Positions 36,731 through 51,400 of a stretch of DNA of 64,000 bases are shown here, in pieces; position 1 is the stretch's first letter, and each line of letters starts with the position of its first letter. The position numbers and the translations under genes are program-made. Under the pieces are notes generated by a model. The model ran no database searches and was not told the origin of the DNA. It saw nothing but the letters and a program-made list of their open reading frames with translations. Origin of the DNA: Octopus bimaculoides (lineage: Eukaryota); NCBI RefSeq assembly GCF_001194135.2, contig NC_068981.1, positions 40,895,342-40,959,341 on the forward strand. Reading direction: 5' to 3'.

Positions 36731-37919
36731 AATGTTCTGGCATGTGAAAAAGTTAAGGATTTAATCAACAATGAATAAATTATTCTATGTCAATAAATAG
36801 TTACATGGAGAGAGAGAGAGAGTGAAAGGCTAAAAGATAGCAATAAATGTGGGTGATAGTAAGACAGTGAATGAATGATAAAGATAGAGACAGGCCAGCA
36901 TAAGAGATATTGGAGATGATGCAGTGATGTACACATGATGGTAGAGAGATGGAGTAATAAAGATTGATGGTAAGGTAGAGTGAATACAAACAAATCTAAT
37001 GCTATCCATCATTACAGAGAGAGCATGGTACAGTGAATGATAGTTAACTGGGTTTTGAAGAGGGCAGTAAGTAGAGAGTTGACAAGTTTTTTCATTATCT
37101 TCTTTTTTTTATTTCAGAGTAAGTATCATAGAAAAAAAAGTGAGAGATTGAAGTTCATTATATTTCTTATCTAATATATTTAGTAGAAAATAGGCTGTTC
37201 CAGTGACATTTTCAGGGCCTCCTAGACAGGTGATATTGATGTAAATGATGATCTTGAGCAGTTGTAAGAAAAATCTGAACAGTTCTGAGAATGATGATTG
37301 GATGAAAAGTCAGTGTAAGTCTGGGAGATGAAACATATCAACAGTGATTTGATAGAATAATGGACAGGGTATGTAGTAAGTCAATTTTAGAAGAATATAT
37401 GACATTATAATAGTAATACAACAGGTGATGTGAAAAAACAACTCATCTATGGATTGTTGATGAATTAATTTTTAAGCACTGGTGTTGGTTGCCACATAAA
37501 AAGCACGTAGTGCACACTGTAAAGTGGTTAGCATTAGGAAGGGTATCCAGCTGTAGAAACTGTGCCAAAACAGACTATGGAACCTGGTGTAGTCCCTGAC
37601 CTTGCCAGTTCCTGTCAAGCTGTCCAACACATGCCAGCATGAAAAACTTATTAAATGTTGATAAGGATTCAAATGATTTTCTTCTTGTTGCAGTCTGATA
37701 TATTTTGTGTATGAAGCAGTAAGGCTGTTGTGCAGTTGTGTAAAGTAACTCAGTGTGGTTCTTATTGTGCTATGATATTGGCAACATAAAATATGTAGGG
37801 TTGCAATGAGGGATCAGCAGAGGTTGTGAGGTTTAGCATTTGCAGTAACTTCGAGAGTTTCAATTGCAAACTATTCATGATTGGAATGTGAGGCACAAAA
37901 TTCCTTAATATATGTAGTA

Positions 37920-38140
37920 AAGGTGGCAAACTGGCAGAATCATTAGCACACCAAGCAAAATGCTTAGCAGCATTTCATCCATCTTTACATTGTGAGTCCA
38001 AATTCTTTTGTGATCAACTCTGCCTTTCATTCCTTTTGGGATTGATAAAATAAGTACCAGTTGAGCACTGAGGTTGATCTAATCAACTTACACCCTCTCC
38101 TGAAATTGCTGTCCTTGGGCCAAAATTTGAAACCAATATG
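37920..38140 (+). mobile_element. tRNA-derived SINE with a Nin/Deu-like central domain
   Basis: tRNA-like head ggtggcaaactggcagaatcattagc. The gcctttcattcc...gataaaataagtaccag segment resembles the Nin/Deu SINE core (from recollection). Confidence 0.65.
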
Positions 38141-38315
38141 TGTAGTAGTTGAGTTTTTGTACTCTTAAAAGACACAAGGCCTTTGTGTATCATTGATGAT
38201 GATTCTCAAGACTCCTATTCAAACATATTGAGTCGTGTTAGAAGTAAAAGCAACTGGTAGTGGGAAAAATAGGAAAAGATGTCCTAATGAAAACGCCACG
38301 TTTTTTGGGTTAAAG

Positions 38316-38564
38316 CAGTGGTTCCCAAACTTTTTGGGGCTGCTGCACCCTTGATACCCAGGTCACATTCCTAGCACTCCCACTCCAACTAACCATAAAC
38401 CTCTTTCTGAAGCAAATTCAAAGCAATTGTATTTCACAAATAAAACTTAACCTAATGAACCCATTATTTTGTTGTTTTTACATCAATCGCGACCCCATTA
38501 TCGCCCCACTTGGAACTTTCCATCACCCCCATAGAGGCAATACCGCCCACTTTGGGAACCACTG
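38316..38564. mobile_element. hAT (Charlie-like) MITE
   Basis: Perfect TIR CAGTGGTTCCCAAA / TTTGGGAACCACTG; 8-bp TSD GGTTAAAG / GTTTAAAG (1 mismatch). Confidence 0.9.
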
Positions 38565-38899
38565 GTTTAAAGTAAGAGATGAGCATTTACAACCATAATC
38601 AGTCAGTAAAGAATTTATGAAGAGCTGACCAATTAAATAACTTGTCTGATCACAACCAGTGATAATGTATATTCTGAGTTACATTTCAATGTAAGATTAG
38701 CTATAATAACGAAGTGGTAGTCAGGGGATGAGGTTGACATTCATTTTAGTTTTTCAGGTGTACTTGCCAGGCAAGTGATTCGATCTGAGGCTATGTGTTG
38801 AAACTAAAACAATTGCAGTGGGAAAAACACATATTAGACATTCAAAAACACAAAACTATTAACTTCATTTTAAACATTTATTGTTATATGGTGTCGAAA

Positions 38900-39256
38900 T
38901 TTTCCTCGTGTGAACTGCAACCTGGTTGCTGACGAAGCTATATTGCATTATTTTAGATGTACACTTCAAATTTACCATTCAGAAAGCTCATAAAGAGCTG
39001 AGTAATTCTAAAAACAAAAAAGAAACCAAACAGCCTTTCGTTTTTAACTCGTAAATAAAGCTAATCCTCAATGGTTTGTTTTTCAATGACTGACTGGAAA
39101 TGCAGTTTTAATTAATATACAAGAGTTACCTTTCTTCTCTTTCTCTTTCTCTCACCGCCCAAATTTGATCTTAATTAGCTCCCTTAGAGAACCTGTCATA
39201 ACGGTGTAGCGTTTGCTACCTTAAAACGTCTTCTTTATCTCATCTGTGATGAAATC
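38900..39256 (+). promoter_or_regulatory. Probable SAC1 promoter and 5' UTR
   Basis: Immediately upstream of the first coding exon. CpGs are locally retained against a CpG-depleted background, and a pyrimidine tract lies at about 39130-39155. The TSS cannot be placed from sequence alone. Confidence 0.5.
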
Positions 39257-39282
39257 ATGGCTGTTCATGAATCTCTCCGATT
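39257..39282 (+). CDS. SACM1L: SAC1 first coding exon (MAVHESLRL)
   Basis: ATG in good context (atcATGG) and TT|GTAAGT donor in phase 2, completed by the G that opens the next exon (TTG, Leu). Lies in a CpG-retaining region. Confidence 0.85.
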
Positions 39283-42200
39283 GTAAGTTGTTCATTTATT
39301 TACAAGTGTTATAATTTTAGACTTATTTTTTTTTAAATTGTATCTTAATTTTCATATTGGACAAATAATTATAATTTTCTTTGAGAGTGAAATAATTTAA
39401 TCTCTCATTATCAACATCATGCGATTAGTAGAAAAATAAATTAATTAAATATTTGTTAATCAGAATATTTTTCGTTTACTAGTTAATTTCTTACTTACAA
39501 AAACGTACTTCTTATCCTGTTAAAAATGCTGACACTGTTTATTTGTGTAAAATCCCTTCTCTGATTTTATTGCATCTTCACTATATTTTGCATATTACGT
39601 CGATGTTCATTTACTTCATTTTCATCTAAATTAGTTGTCAAACCTTATTTCCTTACCTCTGTAAACATTAATATTCCAATACTGTGAAGGAACCTTTCTA
39701 TCTTATTTACTCACATAGTTAAAGTTAATTTTATATAAATTCAAGTTAATATCGTTTATTTTCTACTGCATTGAATTAATAATTCGGAATATTTTAATGC
39801 TATATTTTCAACATATTTTACATTAATTTTTGTTTAATAGACAACTTTTTTTTTATTTTATGATATTATAAAATGATAGATGTTTTTGTTTTTTACTTTT
39901 GATTGACCTAACTATGTTAAGAGTGGGCGTTATTCCTTTATTGATGTATTTCAGTATTTAGTTGTTACTAAATATACGACCCTATATTTTAGACAAGGTG
40001 AATAGGATATTGTGACGTGCATATCTTTACTGGGTGGTATCAGTTGCGTAAGTGAATTGGTTTTCAATAAGAAATCGAAACCATGCTGCAGAATCGACCT
40101 GGGAGTTTATCTCGATATCCACGTCTACTGTATGACAATCGACACATGCTTTAGTCAGTTTAGTCTGAATTTATTCCTGCATTAAAACAAATAGATTTAT
40201 ACTTTTGAGTGACTCAGAAAATCTGCTAACGACAATTTTTAAAATAATAATGTTGAATATCTTGTCGCACTATGATTCCCAAACTTTTAATTTTTTTTGT
40301 TTTCATATTTTTGTCTATCTGTCAGAGCTATTCGAAAGTGTGGGTCACCCACACACATAACTATGGAAGATCGTGATTGATAGAATTTTAAATTGCACAA
40401 GAATAATTTTTAATTTTGTTAATTTAATAAAGTTTGGTAAACTTGATCAACTGATTTCTTTCTGAAACTTGTGTCATTTAAAAATTCTCTTTGATACTTC
40501 ATGTACACTACTTAGCTGTTCCTTCAATAATTTCAGTGTCTGGTTCAAAAACATATAGTAGGAATCTCAAATAAATATTCTAATTATTGTCTTTGTGGAG
40601 GGAAGTTGTATTGCCACACTAATGATGGTTAATTAGACCTGATTGAGAAAACCTCTGACTAAAGATACAATAACCAGTATAATGCTGCTGCCTTTTTGTA
40701 TGTTAGAGACTATTTTATTCAATGTATCCGATCTTTAAAATGATAGGGAGAGTCATGAGAGATTTAACTGCTACTTGTAGCAATTTTAATGATCTCTTAG
40801 AAACACCCTTGTAAGCTTGTCCAATATGTTTGAAGTTACTTGTCAGTAGTGTCGATTGATGATCATACTTCCTATCTGCTATCTTGGGCTTACATCATCT
40901 CATCTGTGATTCCTAATTTCTTTATTAGTTTGTTTACACTACTTATCTGTCAACTTGTGACACTTTCACCAAGCAGATATTACCTATTGTTTTACTTAAT
41001 CAGTATGTAATCAACAGAGAAATCAGCAATCTGAATGAGTTATTATTAGTACAGTTAGAATGATTATTAATTGTTAACTTGATCAATTGAATTTTACATT
41101 TTGATATTGATACACAAACTCTAGCTAAATTACAATTCCCACCACTCAGGCCATCAGGTATTTTCAGATGCCAACTGCATCAGACTAAATAATGTTCCAG
41201 TAACAAAGTTTATAAACACGAAGTATTCCACTTTAAAATATACATTCCTTAGAAATGTATATGCACTTAACTACGTATTACAGAATAAAGTTTCAACTAG
41301 AGCTTCAACTAAACCTCACAATAACTCTTTCCTATTGTGTCTGGGAAGACAAGATAAAACTGTAATTAATATATGATAACAGTGCTCAGAAATAGCATGA
41401 TACTCCAAAGATGCCTCACCAGAAACAGAAGAATTGAAACTCCCTGAAAATTAGAATCACAGAACATTGAAAAGTTCTAAACCAATGCAAGATAACAAGA
41501 ATCAGGAATAGCAGAATATGTGATATGGTGTGAAGATGAGAATCATATTCTGTTATGGATTAATGTTTTTGTTATAGACAAAGTGGAAAATATAGAAAGT
41601 AAGATCCAGTTCAAATAGTGCTAAATGAGACCATAAATGATTTACTAAATTTATTTCCAAATTAAAAGGGAAAAAGGAGAGATTTGTCAAACTTCAATTT
41701 TATGAATTTCATGCATTGAAAATTATTACTCCTTGCTGCCCACTATTTTTATTTTTTAATCCAGGTGGTTTTGCAAACTACACTTGTAAAGAAAGTCACC
41801 ATATAGTCTGTCCACTTGAAAATCCCTTCTCTTCCATGTGTTTTTTTTTCTACTTATTCATAAGAACAACAACTACCACTCTAACAACTACCTACCTGTC
41901 ACCCTATCTTCCAATATCCCAAAAGTAATGAAAGAACAATTGTAAACAACCACCACCTACCTCACCTCACTTTCATCCATTTCATAAACCAGCAGTATGG
42001 TCCCTGTAAATCCAGATTTTATGGAGATTTGCTCTCCTGTCATACTGCCTTGAAAACTTCAAACTATATCTGGTATGACAATTTCCTAGCTAAATGGGCT
42101 AAATCCATCTCTGTTCACTAGGATCAGTATTCTTATTCACTAATGATGATCTCTCTAATTCCTATTTCATTAATTTTGGTGTAGGTTAAACAATGGCTAT

Positions 42201-45200
42201 ATCTTGTAAACTGTTCATTAATGATCTATTTGATATCATTAATGTTTTAATTGTTGTTTTAATACCACTCACTTTTATATGTATGATACTATTTAATCCT
42301 CTTAACCATCTGCACTCTGGATTCATTTATATGCAACCTGGATACCTTACACTAAGCATTCACTGCTTCCAAGGACAATGACCTTGACAATATCCACCAA
42401 TGGAGATTTGGTAACCAAGTCAAACTCAACCAACATTACACACATATTACACATATATGAGGTGGTATCAAAAAGTTCCCAGACTAGTTCTGTAGTGCGC
42501 CAACTGATGGCAGCACATGATTGCATGCACAGTGACAGCTGGCAGTGACCTTCATGAGACAGTGTGCCAAGTATCATCACTGTGTTTATTTTGCAAATTG
42601 TGAAGTTTGTGTTTTTGTGATCTGTGATTTTGTCATGGACTGGAACAAAGAGCTAACATGAAAATTTTGTGCTAAACTTGGGAAGTCTGCTACAGAGACA
42701 TTAAGCATGCTTTGGCAAGCTTGCAGTGATGAGGCAATGGATTGTATGCAATGTTTTGGGAGGCACAGGCATTTCAAAAGTGGAAGAACATCCCTGGAAG
42801 ACAATGAGTGATCTGGAAGACCTGCCACAAGCGTCACCCCCAGAAATGTGGTATTGTGCATTGGGAATTCATCCCCCAGAGCCAGACCATCAATTGAGAG
42901 TTCTATTGCAATGTTTTGAAGCATTTAAGGGAGGACTTTCAATGAAAGCGACCTGATTTATTGGGTGCAAAGAATTGGATTCTTCACGACGCCAAAGCAC
43001 TCTGTCACAGAGCTCTCCTCACACATGTGTGTCTTGCCAAAAGTAACATGGTATTGCTTCTGAACTCGCCCTATTTGCCAGATTTAGCACCTGCGGACTT
43101 CCCTCTCTTCCTAAAGATGAAAATGCCATTTTAACACTGTTGTCAAAGTCTAGTGCGAATCACAGAAGGTCCTCAACTTGCTTATCGAAAATGACTTCCA
43201 GGCCAGATTTCAAAAGTGCCAGGAATGCTGGAACCAGTGTATTGCTGCACAAGGTGACTATTTTGAAGGAGATGATGCTAAAACTTAGGTAAATAAGTTA
43301 TTTTTTATTAGACATAACTAGTCTGGGAACTTTTTGATTCCACAATGTATCTGGGAGAGTGCTGCTGCTACACACATGGAAACCTAAAAACCACTGTCTT
43401 CTGTGCCTTTCTATTTCTCTGAATTAACACACTACATTTTAACAAAGACCTACTCAACATATCTTTCTTCCATTTGTTATTCTTACTTTACCTCATCAAC
43501 CCATACTCCATACTAAACATTTTACCAGTTTGTTTATGTATTGGTTTTGCAAGATTCCTGATGTGAAATCATGTGTTGAAACAGGTATTGTTATATTTCA
43601 GGAGGATTTTTTTTTCTTTTTCAAATAAACACACGCACTGTTAGATGAGATACAGTTCAGTTTTGTGCCAGGTAGAAGCACCACTGATGCTATATTCCTG
43701 GTACGGCAACTGCAGGAGAAATACCTAGCCAAAGATAAACCCCCTATACTTGGCTTTTGTGGACTTGGAGACGATCCCTTATCTGGTGGGCAATGCGGAA
43801 ACTGGGGAGTGACGAATGGTTAATAAGGGCAGTACAGGCCCTATACATAGATGCCGTTAGTAGGGTTAGGATTGGAAATTAATGTAGTGAAGAATTCCGG
43901 GTAGAAGTAGGGGTTCACCAAGGATCAGCCCTCAGGCCCCTCTTATTCATCATAGTCCTCCAGGCAATAACAGAGGAATTCAAAACAGGTTGCCCCTGGG
44001 AGCTCCTATATGCTGATGACCTGGACCTCATAGCAGAATCACTACCAGAACTAGAGAAGAAATTTCAGGTGTGGAAGCAAGGTTTAGAATCAAAGGGCCT
44101 TAGAGTCAGTGTTGCAAAGACCAAAGTTCTAGTAAGTAGGAAAACGAACACAGCACACACCCCTTCAGGTAAGTGGCCCTGCTTGATCTGTAGAAAAGGT
44201 GTAGGTAGAAAGAAATGAAGCTAGCATGATTCGCTGGATGTATTATGTCAGTGTGCACACATTGCAGAGTGTAAGCACCCTGAGAGAAATGATAGACATA
44301 AGAAGCATTGGGTGTGGCATGCAAGAGAGATGTTTGCATTGGTATGGTCATGTACTACAGATGGATGAGGAGAGCTGTGTGAAGAAGTGCCACTCCCAAT
44401 CAGTGGAAGGAATCTGGGGTAGAGGGAGACCCAGGAAGACATGGGACGAGGTGGTGAAGTGTGACCTTCGAACGTTGGGCCCCACAGAAGCAATGACAAA
44501 AGACCAAAACCTCTGGAGGTATGCTGTGAGGGAGAAGGCCCAGCAAATAAAGTGAGTTCACAGCTGTAACCTACACCAGATTCGCATAACCAGCCCACTC
44601 AAAAGTACCTTGGATCGTAGGGCAACATGCTGTGCTTGAGGAGACCTGTTGAGTCAAGTACATCAATATCAAAACCAAATCAAATGGAAATTGTAGTTGT
44701 GACCCCTGTGGTGGTAACACGTAAAAAGCACCGTCCAATCGTGGTCGATGCCAGCTCCTCTGGCCCCTGTCTCGGTGACACGTAAAAAGCACCCACTACA
44801 CTCTCGGAGTGGTTGGCATTAGGAAGGGCATTCAGCTGTAGAAACACTGCCAGATCAGATTGGAGCCTAGTGCAGCCTCCTAGCTTCCCAGACCCCAGTC
44901 GAACTGTCCAACCCATTCCAGCATGGAAAACGGACGTTAAACGACGACGATAATGATGATAATGTCACATTTTCTATATGAGTGTGTTCGCATTTTCGTT
45001 ACCTATGTTAGGCCGATAACTGACAAGTGTATGTGTGTGACGGTGTATGTGTCTGTCAGTATACAATTTTGTGATGACTGACACACACACATCTAAAGAC
45101 AACCCACACAAGGATAGAGATAGGCTTCACATGTGCATTAATGTATGTGTGTGTGTGTGTGTCTCTTAGTTTACGTATGTAAACTCCCCCCCCCCCACAA

Positions 45201-48051
45201 CAGTGAAACGCTCTGATATTGAAACTTTACTTGCGGCCTGGACTTCAAACAAGCAACAACGTTCACTTTCAAGTACTACCAACATGATTTGCCTGATTTA
45301 ACACCACTCACAATACTCGCAAATATATCTGAAAAACAAAATATTATTCTGGTTATTATAACAAATTCGGAAACTTGGCGAAGTTGAAAGCCTCAGCGGC
45401 TCTTTCAGTATAATTACAGAAATTTTATTCCACTCCTTCTAACCAGTTTCAAGATAATGTTTTTTAACAGTCTTTGTATTCTTCATCAATGTATCAACGT
45501 CACACAACCTTTTTACTGCGTTACTCAGTATTTATTCTACAGCCTATAATGTTACACAGTTCAAAAACAGCATCTTCCTTTTTATACACTTGGTTCAGTA
45601 CTCGTTTCAAAATTGTAAAAAAGTTACAAATTAAGAAATTGCGGTGTAGATAGAGGGAAATTAAAATTTTGAAAATGTGATTTCTGGAGAAAATCGTATT
45701 AACCCCCTTTTATATGATGAAACAATACATAGTTTCTGATCCTTCTTAAGAACAGAAAGCACTTTCATGCAGACCCATGCAAATTGTACCCTTGCCCTTC
45801 ACTATTAAACAAAAAGTAACTTCCATTAACTATATATCAGCTGTGCCGATTCTGCCCATAAGAAAGGAGCAAATAATACAATGTGCTTGAAGGGCATAAC
45901 ACCCTGGCAATGCTGGAATGCATTGCTAGTTTATATCATAAAAGGCACCTAAAAGAGGTTGAGTTAGGATTTGCACTCTGACCTCATAAAACCTCTCACC
46001 AGCCATGACTACTCAAAACAGACCCATGGGTTAGAGGGTTGTTGTCTTAGTGGTCCATGAAGAGTAAGGAAGCACCAACAAATGGTGAATGCAGTGACAC
46101 ACTGTTACTGTGCATGCCCTCATACTACTACAACTACTCTTTATATTGTTGGGTGGACATGGTTAGAAAAGCAGACTCTGTGAATTCTAATTGAAAGTGT
46201 TCGTTAAAATAAAAAATTATGAATTACTAAAATTTTTTCTTAGGCATAATTAAAAATAGAATCTCATTTGATATCTCTTAGACACAGACATGACTGTGTG
46301 GTTAAGAAGTTTGCTTTGCAACCACATTGTTTCAGGTTCCATCCTATTGCGCAGCACTTTGAGCAAGTATCTTTTACTATAGCCCCAGGCTGAACAATAT
46401 CATCTGAATGAAATTGATGGAGAGAGACTGTATGGAAGTTTGTTGTGTGTGTGTGTGCGTGCGCGCGTGTGTGTGCATTTGTGTCCACTCGCCCTGACTG
46501 TTTTGCAATGTGAATTGGTTTGTTTACATCCCTGTAACATAGCAGTTTGGCAAAAGCACCAACAGAATAAGTATCAGGCTTAAAATAAGTTGATTTGTTA
46601 CATTAGTCTTACAAGGCAGTGCTCCCTCATGGCCACAGTATAATAACTAAAACAAGTAAAAGTGTAAGAAACTGAAGTGCATGCATATTTCTCCAAAATT
46701 ATTTCATTTACTTTAAACTTTATTAGTTTTTAAAGCATAACTTTGATATTTAGTCTTTTCAAATTCAAACCAAAATTGAACATTTTCCCTAATTTTAAAA
46801 TATTAAATTTTCTAGGCATATTACATCAGAAAAATTCATTATTGAAGCTAAAGATTCAGTAACTAATGAGTTATTGGTTATTGATCGGGTGACTCAAGAG
46901 ATAAATCTGCAAGGTGAGTTTTTTTACTGATTCCTTTATTCATTTGTTTACAATATTTGAAGAAATTATTCATATATAGACTTTACATTTAGATGTAATA
47001 TACTAATATCCTTATATAGATTGAAAGTGTAGATCTTTACGTATGCAGGGTGAAAACTTTGTCAAATAAAGGACTGCTTGTAATAAAGTTGACTCTATTG
47101 TGGACACTGAAATCAGACCTGGGCTGACTCCTCAGGAACTATTCTAAGTGTTGTTGTATAACATTGTGTTCTTTTACTGTTAGTGATTGGTGACCTTTTT
47201 GAATGGCCTCTATGTGGGTCAAAACAACTAGAATGTCGTTTGGGCACACATGGTTCCTCCAAGGGTGCTTTTCACTAAGAATTCAAGGCAATCAGTATGT
47301 TCATTGTAAAAACATTGAAGTACTCTGAGCAAGTCCCACTGGCTTGCAAACACTGTCAATCTTTCCCTTATACATATATATAACTTCACATAACAACAAA
47401 CACACACAGAATAAAATAAGGATTCAGATAGAACCAGGTATTTGTAAAGATATGCACCAGGTAGAGTTGGATAAACCTGTGGTTCCAGCCTATGGTTGGT
47501 AAGTATCAGATAGGATATTCCGGTTGTGTACACAGAGAAAACCAACCCTATGGGTATTTTGCTGGTCCAAAGCATGTGTTACATTGAATTGTACATTATT
47601 GGTATACTCTAGAGTGTCTGACAAGTTGCAAATCCCCTTAGTGTATTATAATCAAGTTATCCCTCTCAAAATTCCTTGTCTTGCAAATTACTTGGTGCTG
47701 GTACCATGTAAAAAAGCATCCAGTGCACATTGTAAAGTGGTTGGTATTTGGAATGGCATCCAACTGTAAAAATCATGCTAAAACTGACCTTGTCTGTGTT
47801 TGTGCCATGTAAAAAGCACTGAGTCCACTCTGCATAGTGGTTGGTGTTAGGAAGGGTACCCAGCCATAAAAACCCTGCCAAAACATACACAGTAGCCTGG
47901 GGTAGTCTTTTACCTGTGGCCAGTTCCTGTCAACCATCCTACCTATGTATGTATGGAAGACAGAAGTTAAATGATGATGATGAGGAATAATAACAAACGA
48001 TGGATTATTGTGAGCTGACAATTATCCATCATCTCTGTTATTATTCATTTG

Positions 48052-48091
<40 letters not shown>

Positions 48092-48444
48092 TATAGTTGT
48101 ATTCTGTTTGGAATGTGGTAAAGTACAGTATAAATCTCATTTACCTTCAGAATTACCCAGTACTATTAGTAGTGTTATATACTTCCAAGTTTAAGTTTGA
48201 ATATTCATTGTGTGGATGTAAAATTGAAGAAATTGGAGTTAAGAAGGAATATGGGACATTTATTTATTATTTGCTACAATTGTTTCACTGCAATGTAGTT
48301 CTCCAAGAATACAGATATTTGATTATGCAACTGTTTGCATAATCAAATATCTGTATTCTTGGAGAACTATGTTGCGTTGAAACAATTGTAGCAAATAATA
48401 AATAAATGTTCAACCATACTCCTTCTTTTTGACTCTAATTTCTT

Positions 48445-48488
<44 letters not shown>

Positions 48489-51400
48489 AGTGTAATATAT
48501 GTATTCATATAATTATGTGGCTATCACAGGAAGCTCCCCTAGCAGACCTGGCTAGCAAACCACATTGTAAACTAGAATAGAGGAGTGTAATGCAGAGTTC
48601 TATGCAGGTGAAATTGAGGAAATCTGATTGATGAAATTATTTCATGAGTAGTATATAAACTAAAAAAGTCAGGAAGTATGAGAGGTGAATACATTTATTT
48701 AATCACTTGTCATCCTTAAGGTTACAGCTGTTTCGCCAGCCTTCATCATGTAAAAATAATTTCAGTGTATAATGAATTATTTTACAGGGTGGTTTGCTCT
48801 GCTTGAGTGGACATGTAGGCTAAGTAAAATTATGACTGTTCATGCATACAGGCTAATCTTCTACATCTCTCCCTCAACCAAGTAATCCAAATCTTGTGGC
48901 TCATGGGTGTTGGTGCCATGTAAAATAGCCAGTACAGTCTGTAAAGTGGTTGGCATTAGGAAGGGCAGACAACTGGAGACATATCTGTCCTACTGTTGAC
49001 ATCATGTCAAAACAAACAAATGGAGCCCGGGGAACTCTTCAGCTGGTCAGCTCCTGTCAAACCATCCGACCCATGTCAGTATGGAAAACTGACATTAAAT
49101 GATGATGATGTCTGCACTAATATGCATGCTATGCATTATACAATGCAGTTGTATATTTACAAATCAGTGCAGATAAAGAAAGCTAGAGCATCAGATCACT
49201 AGAACATCATCATGGCCATACTAATGTTTCAACTCTCAAGTATCCATGCAAAATTTACTCTTTATAAATACAATGTATGGAAGACCCATACTTAATAAAA
49301 TTAGCTTGGTATGATCATTAAAAATATAAATAATAAATATATTTTGTTTCATATCGAGGTGCTGTATCTAAGTTCAGGAAACCAACCGTCCTTAATGTTA
49401 ACAGGAAGGGCTAGGAAAGGAAGTAAAGTAGTTAAATTAAATTTTTAAAATATTGAAAGTATGTAGAAGTACATATAAAAATATAACAAAACTTAACACG
49501 AATGAATTCAATAGGAAACAGACAACTGGAGACATAAAAATTAAACTAAGAGATAATACTGAAGAACAGTTATTTTCAAATAGGGTCAAAAGGTCTCAAA
49601 ATATTTTCTGTCTAAATAAACTGTGTAACCATGATATTCTAGTGATCTGATGAGCTAGCTTTCTTTACTTGTTCTAATTTGTAAGTATACAGTTGTATCA
49701 TTCATAGCATACATGTTAATGCAGACATGTAAAATGATTTATTATACACTGAAATTATTATTATATGATGAAAGCTGCAAAACGGCTGTAATCTTAAGGA
49801 TGACAAGTGGTTAAATAAATATATTACCTTCTCATACCTCAGCTCACCCTGTGTTACCTAAACTGTAAAGTATCAATATGCAAGTGCTTTATCATACATT
49901 GTGTTACTGCTCTAAAGGTTAAAAAAGAAAATCAGCCTATAAAATCTTGAAATCACAGAGGATCTTTACTAATGTAAATGCAGTTTTTGTAAGCGGATGT
50001 TCAGAGAGTAATAAATATGTGAAATGTATATAGCCTGCAGTCTTTTGACTAATTGTATCTGTATGATTTGGCCGTAACTGAATGCTTATCTATAGCAAGT
50101 ATAATGCAAAAAAATGTGTGTGTGGGTAAAATATAAGCACCAGTGTGGTTAAGAAGCTTGTTTTGCAACCATGTGTGCTTGAATTCAGCCCCATTGTGTG
50201 GTACATTGGGTCAGTGAAACCTTGTGAGTTGATTTGGTTGACAGAATTTGAATGATGCTTGTTGTGTGTGTGAGAAAGAGAGAGGGAGAGGTGAGTGCAT
50301 ATATGTTTGTCTCTTCCTGTTTTGACATTGCATAACTGTTGTAAATGAATAGCATTCATTTTTAATAATCTGCAAAAAAAAAAAAATGTCTGGACATGAA
50401 GATCTTGCTTGAAAATGGGTCAGGAGTGATGACAGGAAGGATATCTGACCATAGGAAATTTGCCTCATTAAACTATCTGACCCATGTAATTATGGAAAAG
50501 GAGACATTAAAATGATGTTGGTGATATATATAAAGTCATTCTCATTATTAAGATCATTTTCCATTTGCTTTCCATATGGCATGAGTTGAACAGACTTTAA
50601 CAGTCCAAGTCAGTTTTTATTTGGAGCCACTCTCCATTTAGACAGTTTGGGTGGCCATGTTTCAGTCATATATTTTGATTTGGATGTGATTTCTACAGTT
50701 AATATTAACCAGTTTACAGATTGTATCGTGTGCATTTTATCATGGTACCAGCATTAGAGAGGTTGTCATATTCTCAAAAAAGGGTCCTTTTTGACCTTAT
50801 ATTGTCTCCATATGTTCACCAAGCACTTTACAAAGTGTATTAAGTGCATTATACTGTAGTACCAGCACTAACGTTGCCTTGCACCCTCAAAACAAAAGGG
50901 CTCCTCATTGTTCCTTTCATTCCTACAGGCCAGTGTGATAAACAAAGTGGGTTTAAAGAGAGGGCAAAGGATGAACTAGGGTAACAGGAGGAAAGAAATA
51001 AGAGCATGAAGAAAGAAGCAGTGAGAGAAAGAGTTCTAGAAGGAGTTATAAAAGAGACAGTAATGGTAGAGTGTATTGAGAGTGACAGTAGTAGCAGAGT
51101 GTATTGAGGGTGACAATAATGGCAAGGGATAAATAAGAGAAAGGAATGGATAGTTTTAAAAAGGGGGTGATGGCAAGATTGTAAAAGATGTGGTTAGCAG
51201 TATAGAAGGGCAATGCTAGCTGGTAAGAGGAGTGGAGTATGTAATGAGTAGTGCTGGTGCTGCAATGTAACAGTAGATAACTGAGGGAGATAAAGCTGGT
51301 AGAAGGGTAGAATGAATTTGATGCAAGACCTCATTATTCCAGCATGATCATGAAGGAAAGAGATAATGGCAGCTACATATTTGCTTCAGATATGAGAGCA

